A stretch of DNA of 64,000 nt from an uncultured Candidatus Saccharibacteria bacterium (GTDB taxonomy: Bacteria > Patescibacteriota > Minisyncoccia > Phycocordibacterales > UBA2100), in assembly GCA_964398775.1 (NCBI GenBank), contig CAYNND010000005.1:5266-69265 (forward strand), read 5' to 3'. A program made the position numbers and the translations under genes. Positions within the stretch are counted from its first letter, which is position 1. Each line of letters starts with the position of its first letter. Shown here piece by piece: positions 60,605 through 64,000 of the stretch. Below the pieces are notes generated by a model. The model did not search any database. It saw nothing but the letters and a program-made list of their open reading frames with translations, and was not told the DNA's origin.

Positions 60605-60682
60605 AATGTACTAATTAACTTTATAAATTTCGCGCACTCTATCACAGAGACGCATTGGTTCCTACGAGTTTACTCGTAGAGA

Positions 60683-61555
60683 CTAATGCGCTTCCGTAGT
60701 AGCCAGCTTAATAAAGAACAGGGTGAGTAATGTGAATATCGCAGCCTGAACAACTCCAACAAACATCTCAAACATCATGATTGGGGCTGGCAAAACGTAC
60801 GGGACAAAGTATGTCACTACAGTGATAAGCACTTGACCTGCAAATATATTACCGAACAATCGAAAACTGAATGAGACTATTCGTGCCATTTCACTCACAA
60901 ACTCTATGATTCCTACAGTTGCTTTGATTGGAGATTCCAAAGTGAAGAATTTCTTGAGGTAGTGACCGAGTCCGAGTGCCATGATACCAGCTAACTCAAT
61001 GACAACCACAACTATAAGAGTGAGCGCCAGTGTCATATTGAGGTCTGTGTTTGTACCTCTCAGGAATGGGACCATACCAGTAGGACTCAAAAACTGAATA
61101 GAGTGAACTCCTGGGATAAACTCTGCGAGGTTACAGAGTGATATGAAGAGGAAAACAGTCATGAGCAAAGGGAAGAACTTTCGTGCAGCTTTTGCATCTT
61201 CAAGAGTTTGTTCTACAAATGAATATACATAGCCAAGCACTTCTTCGAAAAAGATTTGCACTTTACCCGGAACGAGCTTGAGTCGCTTGCTGAACCAGAT
61301 AGCAAATATAGACAATGAGATAGATACGATAAGCGAAGTGAGGAGTGTATTTGTTACTGGTACTCCCGCGATTGTTCCCAACGTTTCTGGAGAAAGTTTT
61401 ACGTGTATGCCTCCGTGCTCCTCCGTATGCGCTTCAGTGTGAACACTTTCTGCATGCACCTCAGAAGTCGCCTCAATACTAGCTGATTCATCTATCGTTT
61501 GTACTAGATTTTCTTCGTGCATATCAATCGTCATAAAACGGCTATACCTTAACAT
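60683..61555 (-). CDS. atpB: F-type ATP synthase subunit a
   Basis: FRLFGNIFAGQ motif with the essential Arg; five to six TM helices. Confidence 0.95.
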   Translation of the reverse strand: MLRYSRFMTIDMHEENLVQTIDESASIEATSEVHAESVHTEAHTEEHGGIHVKLSPETLGTIAGVPVTNTLLTSLIVSISLSIFAIWFSKRLKLVPGKVQIFFEEVLGYVYSFVEQTLEDAKAARKFFPLLMTVFLFISLCNLAEFIPGVHSIQFLSPTGMVPFLRGTNTDLNMTLALTLIVVVVIELAGIMALGLGHYLKKFFTLESPIKATVGIIEFVSEMARIVSFSFRLFGNIFAGQVLITVVTYFVPYVLPAPIMMFEMFVGVVQAAIFTLLTLFFIKLATTEAH

Positions 61556-61614
61556 ATCCTTGCAAAAAAGCGAGTGTTGCTCAATTCCCTTTTATTGTCT
61601 AATGCAAAGATGCC

Positions 61615-62343
61615 TTACAAGTGCACAGCGCATCCGAGCGCAGCCTCAGCTTTTGGTATATCTTCCGGGCTTGTAAGCCGTATTATTTGACCTGCCTTGA
61701 TTGGCTCAATGGCGATTTCGGTTGCAGCTTGAATGAGTGTCTGCGGCAGTCCTATCTCAGTACTTTCGGGTCGTACAACAGGAGGTAATGCGAAGTAGCG
61801 TTCATCGAGCCGGTACCCCCCGGCATTTGCGTAGCCTGGACCCCCGGTGTGTGATTCTTTTTCAAGGATATTGAGTACTCTATTATTATCTATAACAGCC
61901 TTTCCAGCACTACCAAGTTCTGCAACTTCTGTCACCAAAACAGCCCAATCTTTGCTCGATGCTAATTTTTCCAAATCAACTGGTAGATACAAATCATCTC
62001 CATGAATTACAATAAAAGAACCGTGCAGAACATGCTGCGCAGCATACACAGCACCACCAGTTCCATTCAAATCACCCTGCTCGACGTAAACAATTTTTTT
62101 CCCGCTGTAAACGTCACCAATGTGTGAACGGATCTGATCTCCGAGATATCCGATAACTAAAACGACCTCAGTTATCGACGCCGGGAGTGATTGCAGAGTG
62201 TGTTCAAGCGCAGGTTTTCCACACACTGGTATGAGAGGCTTTGGGAGAAGTTCGGTTAGTTTGCCCATACGGACACCTTTGCCTGCTGCGAGTATGACTG
62301 CTTGCATAGTGCCGAATACTACTGAGTTGTGTGCATTGGTCAA
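61615..62343 (-). CDS. Sugar-phosphate nucleotidyltransferase (NTP_transferase family)
   Basis: MQAVILAAGKGVRMGKLTELLPKPLIPVCGKP signature (GxGxR + K) of G1P nucleotidylyltransferases. Confidence 0.75.
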   Translation of the reverse strand: MTNAHNSVVFGTMQAVILAAGKGVRMGKLTELLPKPLIPVCGKPALEHTLQSLPASITEVVLVIGYLGDQIRSHIGDVYSGKKIVYVEQGDLNGTGGAVYAAQHVLHGSFIVIHGDDLYLPVDLEKLASSKDWAVLVTEVAELGSAGKAVIDNNRVLNILEKESHTGGPGYANAGGYRLDERYFALPPVVRPESTEIGLPQTLIQAATEIAIEPIKAGQIIRLTSPEDIPKAEAALGCAVHL

Positions 62344-62344
62344 G

Positions 62345-63745
62345 TTACCACTGGGTATGGAAACTTCCGTCCATGTCTACGCGGCGATAGGTATGCGCAC
62401 CGAAATGATCGCGCTGGGCCTGTGTAAGATTTGCAGGAAGTCGTTCAGTTCGATATGCATCGAAATACGAGAGTGCACTACTGAATGTTGGGATGGCTAC
62501 ATGGTGTCGGGTAGCAAGTATCACTACTTCTCTCCAGTCTGATTCATATGATTTAAGAAGCGAAGCAAAATAGCTATTCATAAGCAAGTTTTCAAGCTGC
62601 GGCATATCTTTGAACGCATTCGCGATTGTATTAAGGAATTGCGCACGAATAATGCATCCAGCACGCCACAGTAGCGCTATAGATGTCATACTAAGCTTCC
62701 AGCCATGCTCTCTATCTGCGGTTCTCATGAGTTGGAATCCCTGTGCATATGAACACACTTTTGAACACATGAGAGCTTTTCGTATGTGCTCGATTACAAC
62801 TTCTTTGTCACCTGAGAAAGGTTGTACTGGTGTAGCTAACTGCGCAGCAGCTTTCACTCGCTCATCTTTGAGCGCACTTATACACCGCGAGAAAACAGAC
62901 TCAGCTATCGTAGGTGCAGCAACACCAAGGTCAAGAGCAATCTGTGACGTCCATTTTCCTGTTCCTTTTTGTTCCGCTGAATCGAGAATAACATCAACAA
63001 GCGGTTTCCCTGTAACATCATCTTTTTTTGAAAGCACGAGCGCAGTAATTTCTATGAGGTAGCTTTTAAGTTCTCCTTCATTCCATTTTTTAAAAATATC
63101 TGAAATCTCATATGCATCCATTCGAAGTACGGTACTCATGAGGGCATACGCCTCAGCTATCATCTGCATGTCACCATACTCAATACCGTTATGTACCATC
63201 TTTACAAAATGCCCTGCACCTCCGTTTCCAATCCAATCACAGCATGAAGTTCCATCTTCGGCTTTTGCTGCAATTGCAGTAAGAATAGGCTGCACTATAG
63301 GCCACGCACGTTCATCACCTCCAGGCATAATTGACGGCCCCCAGAGTGCTCCTTCTTCTCCCCCGCTAATTCCTGACCCTACATAGAGAACTCCAGTACC
63401 TGCAAAGCTTTTTTGTCTTCGTTCCGTTTCAGTAAACAGAGTATTCCCACCATCAATTAGCACATCATCAGCTTGCAGGTATGGACGTAATTGCTCAATG
63501 ACCTCATCCGTAGGTGAACCTGCCTTAACCATCATTACAATTCTCCGTGGCACAGATAATGACGCAACAAATTCAGATATACTTGATGTCCCTTGGGCAC
63601 GCTCTGATGCAGCCTTCTCCAAGAATATCTTTACTTTTTCAGGATCGCGATTAAACCCTATTACTGAAAAGCCATTTCTCAAAATGTTTCGAGCAAGGTT
63701 TTCCCCCATTACTGCTAAGCCAATTACCCCGATATCTGATTTCAT
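62345..63745 (-). CDS. gnd: 6-phosphogluconate dehydrogenase (decarboxylating)
   Basis: IGVIGLAVMGENLARN N-terminal Rossmann; 466 aa; 6PGD C-terminal domain. Confidence 0.9.
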   Translation of the reverse strand: MKSDIGVIGLAVMGENLARNILRNGFSVIGFNRDPEKVKIFLEKAASERAQGTSSISEFVASLSVPRRIVMMVKAGSPTDEVIEQLRPYLQADDVLIDGGNTLFTETERRQKSFAGTGVLYVGSGISGGEEGALWGPSIMPGGDERAWPIVQPILTAIAAKAEDGTSCCDWIGNGGAGHFVKMVHNGIEYGDMQMIAEAYALMSTVLRMDAYEISDIFKKWNEGELKSYLIEITALVLSKKDDVTGKPLVDVILDSAEQKGTGKWTSQIALDLGVAAPTIAESVFSRCISALKDERVKAAAQLATPVQPFSGDKEVVIEHIRKALMCSKVCSYAQGFQLMRTADREHGWKLSMTSIALLWRAGCIIRAQFLNTIANAFKDMPQLENLLMNSYFASLLKSYESDWREVVILATRHHVAIPTFSSALSYFDAYRTERLPANLTQAQRDHFGAHTYRRVDMDGSFHTQW

Positions 63746-63754
63746 ATAGTTTTA

Positions 63755-64000
63755 TTAATGAATAAATGGATTTGTATCTGGTTCATACCGAATAAGTGGC
63801 GTATCATTTGATTCAAGAATTGTTGTGTATCTATCCGCAATCTTCCAAAGCAATTGAACTTCATGGGCAGATACTGAGTACTGCTGTGAACCTTCAAATC
63901 CAGCAGCGAGTATACGTGAATACTCTTCAACATACTGATATTTAGGTGTATGACCTGGTCTAAATTCAAACAACTCTTCATCTCCGTTACTGTAGTGCAA
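63755..64000 (-). CDS. zwf: C-terminal fragment of glucose-6-phosphate dehydrogenase (runs off the window edge)
   Basis: …LFEFRPGHTPKYQYVEEYSRIL…EVQLLWKIADRY…YEPDTNP resembles the G6PD C-terminus; adjacent to gnd. Confidence 0.5.
   Translation of the reverse strand: MHYSNGDEELFEFRPGHTPKYQYVEEYSRILAAGFEGSQQYSVSAHEVQLLWKIADRYTTILESNDTPLIRYEPDTNPFIH

Noticed and set aside
60605-60682. Hairpin (ctacgag-ttta-ctcgtag) in the atpB-atpE intergenic region as a novel regulatory RNA
   Set aside because: A short 7-bp stem in a position where atp operons commonly carry processing or translation-tuning structures for subunit c; nothing unusual.
63742-63981. 79-aa alternative-frame ORF overlapping the zwf fragment
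   Set aside because: It shares the span with the G6PD-like frame that has recognisable C-terminal similarity; it is an overlapping-frame artefact.

Overview
This 64-kb window is densely coding (about 90%). Almost every gene is on the minus strand, and no rRNA, tRNA, CRISPR array or obvious transposase was found by eye. Gene content is core bacterial housekeeping with a strongly streamlined flavour: short F-ATPase delta and epsilon subunits, an archaeal-type AspRS, compact proteins, two type IV pilin paralogs and weak Shine-Dalgarno sites. That pattern fits a reduced-genome, possibly Patescibacteria/CPR-like organism (low-confidence inference); GC is about 45%.

Recognisable blocks, left to right:
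- a lexA-dinB SOS module with a Cheo-type LexA box, plus a PIF1-like helicase;
- a dcw fragment (mraY-ftsW-murG) with gltX;
- scpAB;
- five aminoacyl-tRNA synthetases (GluRS, AspRS, TrpRS, TyrRS, LeuRS);
- a dispersed dnaK / dnaJ / grpE chaperone set;
- a ribosomal/rpoA operon (infA-rpmJ-rpsM-rpsK-rpsD-rpoA-rplQ-rplM-rpsI);
- a complete arginine-to-spermidine polyamine cluster (speA-like, agmatinase, carboxy(nor)spermidine dehydrogenase and decarboxylase, plus lysC-asd-hom);
- ychF-truB;
- a full atpBEFHAGDC operon followed by an RNHCP-domain gene;
- gnd and a zwf fragment.

The most unusual object is a 1125-aa leucyl-tRNA synthetase. It carries two extra hydrolase domains inserted into the catalytic/editing region: a YdeN/RBBP9-like alpha/beta serine hydrolase and a canonical Nudix domain with a perfect Nudix box.

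Other points of interest:
- an AT-richer lipid-remodelling island (patatin-like phospholipase, orphan 7TM histidine kinase, thioester-reductase-like NAD-binding protein, PlsC-like acyltransferase, membrane proteins);
- a winged-helix plus Cas2/PaaX-like-fold regulator divergent from a pilin gene;
- a protein combining a sigma-70 region-4 HTH with a HARE-HTH domain;
- a 16-nt LexA-box-containing sequence present twice, upstream of lexA and inside dinB;
- a 15-bp perfect inverted repeat upstream of dnaK.

All calls are from reading the translations and sequence by eye; no searches were run.
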